A stretch of 64,000 nucleotides of DNA. Origin: Diplonema japonicum (taxonomy: Eukaryota; Protista; Euglenozoa: Diplonemea). Of the stretch, positions 31,376-44,814 are shown one piece after another. Numbering within the stretch: the first letter of the stretch is position 1; the number at the start of each line of letters is the position of its first letter. The notes beneath the pieces are model-generated. The model ran no database searches. It saw only the letters and a program-made list of their open reading frames with translations, and had not been told where the DNA came from. The position numbers and the translations under genes were made by a program. The stretch covers positions 372,001 through 436,000 of the forward strand of contig OZ025707.1 of the NCBI GenBank assembly GCA_964019335.1. Direction: 5' to 3'.

Positions 31376-32497
31376 ATGCCAGTACCGAAAACGATGAAAG
31401 TGCTGACGAAGGACAAGGACGTGGTGGGTTACGAAATGGCGGAGGTAGAGGTACCCGCACCCGGGGATCATCAGACGCTCGTAAAGATAACGAAGGTTGG
31501 TGTCTGCGGGTCTGACATCCCCCTGCACGACTGGACCGACGTCGGGAAGAGCATTGCGACGCTCCCCTTCACCCCCGGCCACGAGGCAGTGGGCGTAGTA
31601 GTACAAATCGGCGCTGGTGTGCAACCTATGCACGACCTCACCCCGGGCGACAGGGTGGGCGTGGAAAACCACTACTACTGTGAAAAATGCCACCAATGCA
31701 GGCACGGCCAACCCCACATCTGCTCCTTCATGGGCCAGCTTGGACACGGAAAGCTCGGACACGGCCCCGGCATGGACGCGACCATAGCAAAACAAGGCGG
31801 CTGCGCCGAGTATGCGCTTGTCCCGACAAAAATGCTGTACAAATTGAAATACGATATCACTGATGTGCAGGCTTGCCTTTTAGAACCAATGGGCGTAGCA
31901 CACAATGGATGCGAAGCCGCAGAGGTCACAAAGGGCGATGATGTCCTCATCACAGGATGTGGGGCAATCGGCCTTCTCGCTGTTCAAATCTGCAAGGCGA
32001 TGGGCGCCAGCAAGATCATCATCGCAGACATCGACGAGAAAAAGCTGCAGATGGGCATCCGCTTCGGTGCCGACATTGCCATCAACACCTTGAAGCAGGA
32101 CTTGAAAACAGAAGTCATGAACCACACTGAAGGGTTTGGTGTGGGGCATCTTGTGGAATGCAGTGGAGCGGGGCCTATCGTTGACACTTGTTTCGAGTCT
32201 GTTCGAAAGGGTGGGAACATGTGTCTCCTCGGTCTTCCTAAGAAACCTATCCGTCCTCAAGAGCCCGGGAAGGACTTCCTCTTCAGGTGCCGAACGATCC
32301 GTTCCGTGCACGGGAGAAAGATCTTCCACACGTGGGAGCAGTGTGAGAAGCTCATCGCTACGGGAGCCTGCCAGCCCGAGCTCATTGTCACCCACGATTT
32401 CCCGTTGTCGAGCTACCAGGAGGCGTTTGGCGCCCTCCTTGGTGGCAAGGGCATTAAGATCCTTATGACTCCTGAGACGAGCTCTCCTAAGCTTTAA
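31376..32497 (+). CDS. tdh: Zn-dependent medium-chain dehydrogenase, L-threonine 3-dehydrogenase-like
   Basis: GVCGSD, PGHEAVG, CEKCHQC...HIC, LEPMGVA, ITGCGAIG, HGRKIFHTW and IVTHDFPL. Confidence 0.8.
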   Translation: MPVPKTMKVLTKDKDVVGYEMAEVEVPAPGDHQTLVKITKVGVCGSDIPLHDWTDVGKSIATLPFTPGHEAVGVVVQIGAGVQPMHDLTPGDRVGVENHYYCEKCHQCRHGQPHICSFMGQLGHGKLGHGPGMDATIAKQGGCAEYALVPTKMLYKLKYDITDVQACLLEPMGVAHNGCEAAEVTKGDDVLITGCGAIGLLAVQICKAMGASKIIIADIDEKKLQMGIRFGADIAINTLKQDLKTEVMNHTEGFGVGHLVECSGAGPIVDTCFESVRKGGNMCLLGLPKKPIRPQEPGKDFLFRCRTIRSVHGRKIFHTWEQCEKLIATGACQPELIVTHDFPLSSYQEAFGALLGGKGIKILMTPETSSPKL

Positions 32498-33040
32498 AAA
32501 AGGGAAAGAAAAAAAAACATAATTCTGTTACCATTGGATGACCCCTTGATGCATCGTGGCACAGAGGGAGGGAGGGAATTTTTTCACCGACTTTTTTTTT
32601 TTTTTTTTTTTGATAGGATGGGACATCATAAGGTAGGCACTGCCCAACCGCTCCGATGGTGGTGGTGGGGGGAGGGGGGAGGGAGTAGCTCACCATCTTC
32701 GGTTTCTGTTCATGGCAAGTCTTTTTTTTTTTTTTTTTTTTTTTGCCTTCTACCCTTTCCCTCTTTTTCTTGTTCTTTTTTTCTTGGCCCATTACGCACC
32801 CCCCCCGCCCCAAGGAAAAAAAAAAATAAAACGAGCTTTTTTCATATCATCAAACAATACTCAAAAAAAAAAAAGAGAAAGAGGAGGTTTGTCACAATAT
32901 GTCGCCTTATCCCCCCTCCCCCTCCCCCTCCCCCTCCCCCTCCCCCCAAACACGAACATAACAAAACATTACAACTACACAGGCGGAGTGAAGTGGGGCG
33001 GGGCGGGCCCCTGAGGGAATCTTTTTTTTTTTAATTTCCA

Positions 33041-35712
33041 ATGTCGAGGCAGAGAAGTCAAGAATGGTCAGGCAGCAGCATGTCCAATGTGTTTGGCAGT
33101 GGACTGATTTACAAAAGCGTTGTGCCGTCTTCAACGACCTCAAGGAGGAGAGCGCAGAGCGCGGGGACGAGGCTGAAGAACGAAAGGGTAGCCGGCGCAA
33201 CGGAGGGAAGGCCCAGCGTAACAAGAGGCGGGACACCTTCAAAGCGAACGACCACCACGACCACCTCAACCGCCGCCCCTACGGGGCACAGAAGCAGGTC
33301 CGTGCCGTCCCGCCAAGCCCCCGAGACAGGCACCCCTAAGTCACGAAAAATCGCCTCATCGCCAACTCTTAAGAAGCGTCCTCGGCCTGCTACATCACCT
33401 CGCGTCGCCCGTCCTTCAACCTCGTCGGCATCCACTGCCGTGCACCCACAGCCAACGTCTTCAGAGTGGCGGCACCATCGTACCGCAACAGGAAAGGTAT
33501 ACTACTGGAACACTCGTACCCGTGAGACGAAGTGGACTCTTCCCAGCCCGTTAAGAAACGCACGGCAAAAGTCGAAAGAAGAACTGTCGTACATCGCGAA
33601 GAAGGTGTCCGACGCCACGCCACGGATGCACACAGCAGCAACGAAGATCCAGGGGCTCGTGAGAATGCGGCAGGCAAAGCTTGAGGTGAAAAGGAGGAAG
33701 CAGGAGAAGGCGAAGAAACCTGCGGGCCCCCGCCCCGTGCAACCAACTTCGCAGCAATTCGGGCGGAGCATGAGCAGGGCGCCAAGCTCTCCTAAGTACG
33801 GCCGCACGCAGAGCCAGGACCTCCCCCGAAAAGGTATCTCGCAAACGTCAAGCAATTTCTCTCGAACCACCACCACGCCTACAAAGGCAACGTCAAAAGC
33901 AGGACCACTGTCGCCCAGAGCGTCAGGGACAGGGGGATTCACCCGTTCGCTGACGAAGAAGAACTCCGGCCCGCTAGCATCGACAACGCAACCAAGGGGA
34001 TCGTCCCCCGCACCTGGGGGGAGGGAAAAAGAACGTTTCAGGAGAAGCAACACGCACAGCCACCCCCCACCGCCAGCAGGGACAACGTCGTCAGGAAAAC
34101 TACCAAGCCCCAAGGCTGCAGCGCATCTTTCAAGAGAAACAACATACACCCGAAGATCAACAAGCCAAGGAGCAAGGGCAGCGTCTGTTGGAAGCAAAGC
34201 AAGACGTGCTCCGTCAGTACCGGCGACACCTACAAGAGCGACGTCCGCCACAAGGAGGCGCACGACAAACTCGAGCAGTTTGACGAAACCGTCGAAACCG
34301 GTTCTAAAAACACCCACAACGCTGGACGACCCGAAGTACCAAGAAGGGGGGTACCTCAGTGTTGCAGAAGGCCACACGTTGTACAACAGGTACGAGCTGC
34401 TCCTGTTGCTGGGCACAGGGCAGTCTGCAACGGTATGGTTGGCAGCCGACACGGAATCGGGAAGCCAGCACCAATACGTGGCCATCAAGATCACAAGATG
34501 CTCCGAAACGGTGCGCTGCTCGTCTCTTCACGAGGTGGCGCTTCTGTACTACATCGCAAACAAGTCTACAGTGCGCATGCAGGGAAATGAGACAGGATCG
34601 GCGCTACTCATCAACCACTTTGAGCACAAAGGCAAGTGGGGCAAGCATGTCTGCATGGTGTTCGAGGTCTTGGGGCCTACCCTAGACGTTCTGATGTCGA
34701 AGACAAACTTCCAGGGGCTGGGGGACATGGCTCTCATCGCCGACATCACTATCAGTATCCTGCTCGGGCTGGACGAGCTGGCCGCGGTATTTTATCCAAA
34801 AAAGAAAAATAATAATAACAAATAAAAGATGAACGTTGTCCACACCGATTTGAAGCCGGAGAACATTATGTTCAGCAGGCCCTCTGTGTCTGCGAGGAAG
34901 GCGGTTGCCAAGTACGTGAACTCAATGGCGGACACTAGTCATATCACCGAGGTATGAAGGGGGAAAAAAAAAAAGAAAAAAAAAAAATATTATGCAGTCT
35001 TCCGATGACGAGCGTCAGGTGAAGATATCTGACTTCGGGCTGTCGTACCTTCTCCGCCCGAAGAACGACAAGCATTTGAGCGGGGAGCCTCTCTCGGAGG
35101 CGGACCTCCAGTTGATCTTCGCTTCAAATTACACGAAGGTGTGGAGGGGGGGGGAAAAAAAAAAGAATCCAGGGCGCAGTGATCCAGACCAGGGAATACC
35201 GTGCTCCGGAGATCATTCTCGGAACCGATTTTTGCACCAAAACAGATATTTGGTCGCTAGCTTGTATTGTGTATGAGCTGCTGACAGGGCAGTTTTTGTT
35301 CGACCCCAAGACTCTGGACCACGTGACAGATGAGCAAACGATGGATAATGAACACCTCTCTGAGATGATACAGACTATGGGGGAGCCGGGAAGTGACATT
35401 ACAGGTGGCGGTGGGGTTTATGTTGGATCTTTTTTCGACACGGACTCGGGTGAGTTTCTTCACAACCACATATCTCCTCGTCCGGACCTGCGGGAGTCTA
35501 TTCGGGACGGCATTCCTTCGTCAGTTGAAAACCCCGATGAAATCACCGACCTCATCACGGATTTCATTACTTCTTCGTTGACCTGGGACCCCCTTAAACG
35601 GCCCACAGCGTCTGACTTACTCAACCACCCTTGGTTAGCATCTCGATTTGAGGCTTTGTACCCAAATCGGCGGCCGAGTATAGAACCAACTTTCAAATGG
35701 TCTCGGGCATGA
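33041..35712 (+). CDS. SRPK-like (CMGC) protein kinase with N-terminal WW domain, IQ motif and basic low-complexity region (exons 33041-34786, 34829-34951, 34998-35138, 35173-35712)
   Basis: Y..GGY..V, LGTGQSATVWLA, VAIK, HVCMVFEVLG, VVHTDLKPEN, KISDFG, IQTREYRAPE and DIWSLAC; three GT-AG introns join the exons in frame. Confidence 0.93.
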
Positions 35713-35747
35713 AGAAAAAAAGAATTTTTTTTTTTTTTTGAAGTGTT

Positions 35748-35798
<51 letters not shown>

Positions 35799-35807
35799 TT
35801 TTTTTTT

Positions 35808-35920
35808 GCAAGAACGAGTCTTTGACTTGTCTAAACAAAAGGGGAACGTTGGCAACGTGTTTCGGGTTGACAAACTTCTCCAGGTTTTACCCGGCACGTA
35901 CAAACAACGGCCAGTTCCTC
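35808..35920 (-). repeat. Short SINE-like dispersed repeat, family C copy 3
   Basis: Same termini as copies 1 and 2; preceded by a very long poly-T (poly-A tail on the minus strand). Confidence 0.85.
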
Positions 35921-37304
35921 TTTTTTTGTTCTCCCCCTTCTGTATGTTGTAAATGAAAGAAAAAAGAAGTTTTTTTATTGCCTTTATTTCCCCCCCCCCC
36001 CCATTTCTCTGCCCCGATTTTTTCCTTAGAAGAAAAAAAGAATTTTTTTTGAAAAGAAAAAAAGTAAAGATTAAAATGTCTGGCAGGAAAGGTTTCTGGT
36101 TGCGTTGCGGGAGGGGGGGGGGGGGGGGGGGGGGGATGTGAAGAGATTAAGATTTTTTTTTGTAACTTTCCCCCGTTTTTTTTTTCTTTTTGCGAACACA
36201 CACAAAAGAAAAGATTCTTTCCTCCTTTTATTTTTTTTCTTTCTTCTCTTGTTGTGCCTTTTTTTCTTGTTCTTTTTTTTTTTTTTCTTTTCTTTTAGCT
36301 GCTGTTAACGCCCACATTTATTTTCCTTTCAGGATTGTATATATGAACGAAAAACAGAGGCAAAGGGTTTAAGTGGGTTTTCTTTTTTTTTTTAATTTCA
36401 AATAACAAGAAGAGAGAGCCAAGAAAAAAGAAAAAAAAGGGGAAATGAAAGAGGAAAAAAAAAAAAGAAGGGAACAAAAAAAAAAAGAAAAACAGTTCAT
36501 TTTTTTTTCATGGTTTCAATTTTTTATTCTTTTCTGTTGGTGGGTCCAACAATTTTTGCTCCCCCTCCCCCCTTTCATCAAAGGTGAATATATATATTTT
36601 TTTTGTACAGTTTCTTTTTTTTTTTTTCCCCTAAGCATTTAGTTTAAGAAGTTTTAACCTTTCTTTTTTCTTTTCACTGGCAGTAGACTTTCTAAATAGT
36701 GATTGAAAACTAAACAAAAGATGTTTTTTTTTTTTTTTTTTTTTTTTTTAGTAAGGGAGTGAGGGGGGGGGAGTGCGATGGTAGGAAAATAGGACCCCCC
36801 CCCCCCACCTCCCTCCCCCACCCTTTTTTTTTGACCTCTTTTCTCATAAGTAAGAATATGTTGCGGATGAGTCGAAAAAGGAGGAAAGAAAAAAGAGAAA
36901 AAGAAAAGAAGATGGAAAGCGTCGAAAAAAAAGATAAAAAAGGAAATCTTCCCCTCCCCCCCCACCCCTCCTTTTTTTTTAACCCACTCACCCCACCCCT
37001 GTTAAAAAAAGAAATTATCGTTCCCCTCTCCTTCCCACCCCTTTTTTTTCTTTTTTTCTTTTCTTTGTAACCAAAAAAAAAAAGCTAAGTTATACTTCCC
37101 CCCTTCTTTTTTTTTTTTACCTTCTCTTGTCGTCTTTATTGTTATTTATTCTTTTTATTTTTATTTTTTTATTTTTTTATTTTTTTTTTACTTATACTCC
37201 TTTTCTTCACAACAAAAAAAAAAAATATTGATGACCCTAAAAAAAATGATCACTTTTAAAATCACCCCTATTTCAGATTATGTTCCGATAAAAAAAAAAA
37301 AAAA

Positions 37305-40300
37305 ATGACAGATGTTCTTACAAAACTGCACCACCACCATGGTGTGGGTTTTAAGAAATGTGTGGAGAGCGCCCTGACTGGGGGCAGCGCAGCTTCGTGT
37401 GGATCGCTGGGCAATGCTGTAAGGAACTGTGACAAGAAGGTACCGGGCATGGGGCACAAGAATGCAGGGTTGGGTAGTGCTGCCCACTCTTCAGGTCTGC
37501 ACCAGGCGGCTGCCCCAGCAGGAGTCTCGGGCTTTCGATCGTGTGTAACACATGTACTTAGGGAGAACCCTGCAACATGCCACTCTCTTTCTACTGCGGT
37601 ACACCACTGTGACCACCCGCACGGGGCTGGACGGGGAAGAGGCCGGGGAGTTGCAACAACCCCCCACCACAACACACCCCTCCACCATGGAAGGGGGCTC
37701 ATAACTACCTCTCACCACCACCATAAGGTGCTGCCCACTGCATCGCCTCATGTCCACAAGCACAACCACACCCATAAGGCAATAGAGGCACCCGCCAAGC
37801 ACAGTGATATCGGAAAGCATGGCAAACAGCCATCACCTGCCGTAGCTTCCCACAAGGTGGCACATGACCGTGCTGGGAAGCGGGACGCGAAGCATAATAT
37901 GCCACACGCTGAGAAACAAGCTTCTGTCGCCCATGAGGCAGGCAAGCATCATCATGGGGAAGGAGCTTCACACGCTGAGGCGATCACAGCTGGTCATGTG
38001 AAACACAAGGTGGAGCACAAGGCAGCAGAGCAAGCACCCACAAGCAAGCACGACAGTAAGAGTACCACCCATGGAGCAGCTCATGAGCATCACGCATCAG
38101 CCAAGCACAGTGAGACTGTCAGCAAGCATGCAACTAGTAAGCAGTCAGCCACTGAGGCACCGACAGCAGCATCCCATTCCAAGCATGCTGAAGCCCGTAA
38201 GACGGCACACGAGCATGCCACGCAGGCAACTGAAGCAAAGCACACCCATGAGCATCATGCTGGGAAGCAAGCATCTGTGGCCCACAAAGAAGCGGCAAGC
38301 AAGCATCATGAGAAGGCTTCACACTCTGAGGCACCATCCCACAAGGAGGCAGCGAGCACAGTGGCAAGCCATGCTAAGCACAAGGCGGCCGAACATGGAG
38401 AGCAAGCATCCACAAGCAAGCACGACAGTAAGAGTACCACCCATGCTGGGAAGCAAGCATCAGCCAAGCACAGCGAGACTGTCAGCAAGCATGCAACTAA
38501 GCAGTCATCACCCACTCACAACACCAAGCATGCTGAAGCTTCCAACAACCATGCTGGGAAACAGGCAACTGAGGCGAAGCACACCCATGCTGGGAAGCAG
38601 GAATCAGCAAGCAAGCACCATGAGAAGAAAGCTTCACATGCTGAGGCACCATCCCACAAGGAAGCAGCGAGCACAGTGGCAAGCCATGCTAAACACAAGA
38701 CAGAGCACAAGGCGGCTGAGCATGGAGAACAGGCATCCGCAAGCAAGCATGAAACTAGTAAGGCCACCCATGGGACAGGTCATGAGCATCATGCTGGGAA
38801 GCAAGCATCAGCCAAACACAGTGAGACTGTCAGCAAGCATGCATCTGATAAACAATCATCACCCACTGAAGCATCGACACACAACACCAAGCATGCTGAA
38901 GCTGCTCAGAAAACAACAAATGGGAAACAAGCAACAAGCAAGCATGAAGTGAAACACGAGCATCACGCTGGGAAGCAAGCATCTGTGGCTCACCAAGAAT
39001 CGGCAAGCAAGCATCATGAGAACAAAGCTTCACACTCTGAGGCACCATCCCACAAGGAAGCACACCATGCTAAAGGAGCCGAGCACAAGGCGGCCGAACA
39101 TGGAGAGCAGGCATCCACAAGCAAGCATGAAACTAGTAAGGGGACCACCCATGGAACGGCTCATGAGCATCACGCTGGGAAGCAAGCATCTGTGGCTCAC
39201 CAAGAAGCGGCAAGCAAACACCATGAGAAGAAAGCTTCACACCCTGAGGCACCATCCCACAAGGAAGCAACGAGCACAGCGGCAAGCCATGCTAAACACA
39301 AGACAGAGCACAAGGCGGCCGAACATGGATCCGAAAGCAAGCAAGAAGCCAGTAAGAACACCACCCATGGAACAGCTCATGAACATCATGCTGGGAAGCA
39401 AGCATCAGCCAAGCACAATGAGACTGTCAGCAAGCACACAAAGGGAAAGCAGTCGTCCACAGAAGCATCTCATGCCAAGCATGGTGAAGCTTCCCACAAA
39501 GCGGTACATGCCGAGAAGCAAGCAACAAGCAAGCATGAGGCGAGGAACACCCCCGAGCATCATGCTGGGAAGCAAGCGTCTGTGGCTCACCAGGAAGCTG
39601 TAAGCCATGTTAAACACAAGGCCGAACATGAGAAGGCACCTGCAAACAACAGTAACAGTAAAAGTATCACGCATGAGCATCACGCTGGGAAGCAAGCATC
39701 AGCCAAGCACAGTGAGACTGTCAGCAAGCATGCAACTGGTAAGCAGTCAGCCACTGAGGCACCGACAGCAGCATCCCATTCCAAGCATGCTGAAGCCCAT
39801 AAGCATTCTGAGAAGCAGGCAACTGAGGCGAAGCACACCCATGAGCATCATGCTGGGAAGCAAGCATCTGTGGCCCACCAGGAAGCGTCGAGCAAGCATC
39901 AAGAGAAGAAACCATCGCACGCTGAAGCACCATCCCATAAGGAGACAGCGAGCACAGTGGCAAGCCATGCTAAGCACAAGGCAGCTGAACATGGAGAGCA
40001 GGCATCCACAAGCAAGCACGACAGTAAGAGTACCACCCATGAACATCACGCTGGGAAGCAAGCATCAGCCAAGCACAGTGAGACTGTTAGCAAGCATGCA
40101 ACTGGTAAGCAATCATCACCCACTGAAGCATCCCATACCAACCATGCTAGGAAACAGGCAACTGAGGCGAAGCACACCCATGCTGGGAAACAGGAATCGG
40201 CAAGCAAGCACCATGAGAAGAAGGTTTCACATGCTGAGGCACCATCCCACAAGGAGGAAGCAAGCACCTCTGCCGGTCATGTTAAACACAAGGCAGAACA

Positions 40301-43300
40301 CAAGGCGGCCGAATCTGGAGAACAGGCAGGCAAGCAAGGTAAGAATACCTCCGATCATGCTGGAAAACAGGCATCAGCAAAACACAGCGAGACTGTGAGC
40401 AAGCATGCAACGGGAAAGTCCTCACCCACTGATGCGTCGACACACAACAAGCATGCTGAAGCTTCTAGCAAGACGGCCAAGGCAACAAATGACCAAACCA
40501 GCACAAAGCATACCAACGAGCATCATGCAGGGAAGCAGGCATCTGTTGCACACCAAGAGTCGGCGAAAAAGCATCAAGAGCACACAACAGGGAAGCAGGT
40601 CGAAGTCACTGCAGACACGCAGACCGACAAGGGACACCCTGCCGACAAGCCAGAGCAAAAGGCTGCAATTCACAAGGGGAAGACACCAACTGCGACAGAT
40701 ACTACTGCCCTTGAGACACACCAGAAGACAAAGCCTACATCTGGTGACAAACACAGCGTAGCGCATGAAGCATCCACGCAGGCACATGTACACAGTGAGG
40801 TAGGTTCCAAGACTACTCAACACACAAGCAAGCATGAGACGAAGCACGTTCAGTCTGAGAATCACGCTGGGAAGCAAGCATCTGTTGCTCACCAAGAAGC
40901 CGCGAGCAAACACCTTGAGAAGAAGGGTTCGCACGAAGCACCGCTCAAGGAAGCGGCGAGCACAGCAAGCCATGCTAAACACAAGACTGCCGAACATGGA
41001 CAATCCGCAAGCACAGGTGCCACCCATGGAGCAGCTCATGAGCATCACGCTGGGAAGCAAACATCAGCCAAACACAGTGAGACTGTCAGCAAGCATGCAA
41101 CTGGTAAGCAGTCAGCCACTGAGGCACCGACAGCTGTGGCCCACAAAGAAGCGGCGAGCAAACACCATGAGAAGGCTTCACACTCTGAGGCACCATCCCA
41201 CAAGGAGGCAGCGAGTACAGTGGCAAGCCATGCTAAGCACAAGGCGGCCGAACATGGAGAGCAAGCATCCACAAGCAAGCACGACAGTAAGAGTACCACC
41301 CATGCTGGGAAGCAAGCATCAGCCAAGCACAGCGAGACTGTCAGCAAGCATGCAACTAAGCAGTCATCACCCACTCACAACACCAAGCATGCTGAAGCTT
41401 CCAACAACCATGCTGGGAAACAGGCAACTGAGGCGAAGCACACCCATGCTGGGAAGCAGGAGTCGACAAGCAAGCACCATGAGAAGAAAGCTTCACATGC
41501 TGAGGCAGCAGCGAGCACAGTGGCAAGCCATGCTAAACACAAGACAGAGCACAAGGCGGCTGAGCATGGAGAACAGGCATCCGCAAGCAAGCATGAAACT
41601 AGTAAGGGGGCCACCCATGAGCATCATGCTGGGAAGGAAGCATCAGCCAAGCACAGTGAGACTGTCAGCAAGCATGCATCTGATAAACAATCATCACCCA
41701 CTGAAGCATCGACACACAACACCAAGCATGTTGAAGCTACTCAGAAAACAAAAGACCATTCTGGGAAACAAGCAACAAGCAAGCATGAAGTGAAACACGA
41801 GCATCACGCTGGGAAGCAAGCATCTGTGGCCCACCAAGAATCGGTAAGCAAGCATCATGAGAAGAAAGCTTCACACTCTGAGGCACCATCCCACAAGGAA
41901 GCACACCATGCTAAAGGAGCCGAGCACAAGGCGGAACAAGCATCCACAAGCAAGCATGAAACTAATAAGGGGGCCGCCCATGGGACAGGTCATGAGCATC
42001 ATGCTGGGAAGCAAGCATCAGCCAAACACAGTGAGACTGTCAGCAAACACGCTGGTAAACAATCATCACCCACTGAAGCATCGACACACAACACCAAGCA
42101 TGCTGAAGCTGCTCACAAGGCATCACACGACCATTCCGGGAAGCAAGCAACAAGCAAGCATGAAGTGAAACCCGAGCATCACGCTGGGAAGCAAGCATCT
42201 GTGGCTCACCACGAGAAGAAAGTTTCACACCCTGAGGCATCATCCCACAAGGAGGAAGCAAGCAAGGAAGTTCATGCTAAACACAAGGCGGCCGAACATG
42301 GAGAGCAGGCACCCGCAAGCAAGCATGAAACTAGTAAGAGTACCACCCATGGAACAGCTCATGAGCATCATGCTGGGAAGCAAGCATCAGCCAAGCACAG
42401 TGAGACTGTCAGCAAACATGCAACTGGTAAGCAATCATTACACGCGACCCACAGCACCAAGCATGCCGAAGTCTCTCAGAAGGCAACTGAGAAGCAAGCA
42501 ACAAGCAAGCATGAAGTGAAACACGAGCATCACGCTGGGAAGCAAGCATCTGTCTCTCACCAAGAATCGGCAAGCAAGCATCATGAGAAGAAAGCTTCAC
42601 ACTCTGAGGCACCATCCCACAAGGGGGAATCCAACACTGCAGCTGGCCATGCTAAGCACAAGGTAGAGCACAACAAGACAGTCGAAGATAAGAGTACCAC
42701 CCATGCAACGGCTCACGAGCATCACGCTGGGAAGCAAGCATCGGTCAAGCACAGTGAGACTGTAAACAAGCATGAGGCGAAGCACACAGAGAAGGCTGCT
42801 TCTCATGAAGCTGCTGTCGCACATCAGAAACACGACGAGACCAAGCATGCTTCGGGGTCGTCTCAGAACGCACAACACAACAAGGCGCATGACCACCACG
42901 CAGACAAGCAGACGACCGTTGCACACGACCACCATGCTGAGCACAAGACCGCCAAGGGAAAAGAACATGAGGCCAACAGCAGTGGCATGCAGGCTTCCCT
43001 TAAACATAGAGAGCAGAGCGCGAAACACAACCACACATACACAGCGCCTAAGGAAGAGCAGGGCCACGCCCATAAAGTATCCAAGCACAGTGTGGTTCCC
43101 GAAGTGAAGCAAGCGCACAAACAGCACAAAGTCGTCCGAAAAGCTGAACAGCTAGAGTCCGAGCTGAATGCAGCAAGGCGGGATGAGGCGAAGAGCGAGT
43201 TTACGGAAGGTGATAAAAGGGCGGAAGCGAAGAAGATAGACAGGCAGCTGCACAAGGAGGCGAAAGCAATCCACGCACAGAGCCATGTAGGGGACGCCAG

Positions 43301-43867
43301 CATGCTTGTCAAGAAGCTTGATGAAGTGAAGAATATGAAGCTTGCAGAACCACCAAAGGCGCACCACCACCACCACCACCACCACGATGTTAAACACTTC
43401 AGCAACATGCACAGTAAGCTAAAACAAGCAACACAAGTGCTACCAGATGCAGCCCTTGGGGTGCCCAACCTAGACACAGACCTCCCTGCTGTGGACTTGA
43501 ACACGGACCTCAAGGCTTCATTGCCAAATGTCCAGGGGCAGCTCCCGCACCACAACCACCATGTGAATGTGCATGTGCCGCATGGTGAGATGCCAGGCCT
43601 TCAGATGCACCTGAAGGACCAACACATCATTAAGGTATGTTGCTCCCTCCCGGAAAATAACCTTATTCTTAGGGCCTGAAGACTGAGGTCGCACACCTCA
43701 GCCATGCCAATGAGGGTCTTGGTGACAGGTTGGACGTGCTGCAGGAGGAGAATGAGAGGCTGAACGAGAAGGTATTTTTTTTTTTTAAAAGAAAACACAC
43801 ACGCACACAGCTTGAGAAGAATTGCGACGCCACGACGGCGAGCGTTTTCAAATCATGTGCTACGTGA
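37305..43867 (+). CDS. Very large His/Ala/Lys/Ser-rich repetitive protein with C-terminal coiled coil (exons 37305-43634, 43673-43771, 43811-43867)
   Basis: Open frame of 2110 codons built from HAGKQAS, KHSETVSKH and EAPSHKE modules; two in-frame GT-AG introns at the 3' end. Confidence 0.85.
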
Positions 43868-44067
43868 ACGTGATGAAAAAAAAAAAAAGAAAAAAGCGGG
43901 GCCGAGGAGGGCGTCCAAACGTTTTTTTTTTTCTTTATCGTCCTCTTTTTTTTTTTTTTTTATTATTACACCCATTTCTTTTTTTTTTTTTGTTTACACC
44001 TTACCCCCTCCCACTAGTTAAGAGTGGTGGACACGCACGTCGGGAAAATATTTTTTTTAAAAAAAAG

Positions 44068-44105
<38 letters not shown>

Positions 44106-44177
44106 CTTGCTTCTTTTTTTACGTTTTCTTTAAAAAGAAAAAGGGAGGGGAGGGGGAAGAAAAAAGAAAAAAAAAAG

Positions 44178-44710
44178 ATGACAGCCGCGAAAATTGTGAT
44201 TATCGGCGACGGGGCAGTGGGCAAGACGAGTCTACTGTGGAGGTGGGCAAAGAAGGAATTTAAGCCGGAACACGAGCCCACCGTTTTCGAGAACTACAGC
44301 ACAGCCGTTCCTGTCTCTGGAGCGCATGGAGAACGGCAGCTGAAGCTTACTTTGTGGGACACGGGTGGCCAGGAACCTTTTGACAAGCTCAGGCAGCTGA
44401 GTTACCCGGGTACGGATATCTACCTAGTGTGCTTTTCGCTGAATAACCGCGCTTCTTATGAAAACGTTAAAACAACTTGGATCCCTGAGATCAAGAGTCA
44501 CATAAACCCCGCAAAAACAAAAATTATTCTGGTTGGGACCAAGCTTGACCTTAGAGACGGTGACACCTCTGTCGTTGAAGAGGAGGGCAAACAACTCAAG
44601 GAAGATATCAATGCGCAAGTGTACATCGAGTGTTCTGCCAAAACTGAGCACAACGTTAAAAAGGTCTTTGATGAGGCGGTGAGGGCTTATCTTAAGGTGT
44701 GAGAAAACGG

Positions 44711-44747
<37 letters not shown>

Positions 44748-44814
44748 GCCGACGCCCGCTCCCCAGCAAAGCAGCTCGTCTGGCAGCAAATCCGACAGGT
44801 GCGCCATTTTGTAG
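44178..44814 (+). CDS. Rho-family small GTPase (exons 44178-44696, 44749-44814)
   Basis: GDGAVGKT, PTVFENY, LWDTGGQE, LSYPGTD, GTKLDLR and ECSAK; splicing gives a C-terminal CAIL CAAX box. Confidence 0.95.

Noticed and set aside
35738-37300. Numerous Phe/Lys/Gly/Pro-rich short ORFs in spacers (also 11698-12600, 23392-24040, 44800-46240)
   Set aside because: Artefacts of poly-T, poly-A, poly-G and poly-C runs.
38071-42615. Long alternative-frame and antisense ORFs over the His-rich gene; CRISPR-like periodicity
   Set aside because: By-products of coding repeats; there is no constant repeat with unique spacers, and the context is eukaryotic.
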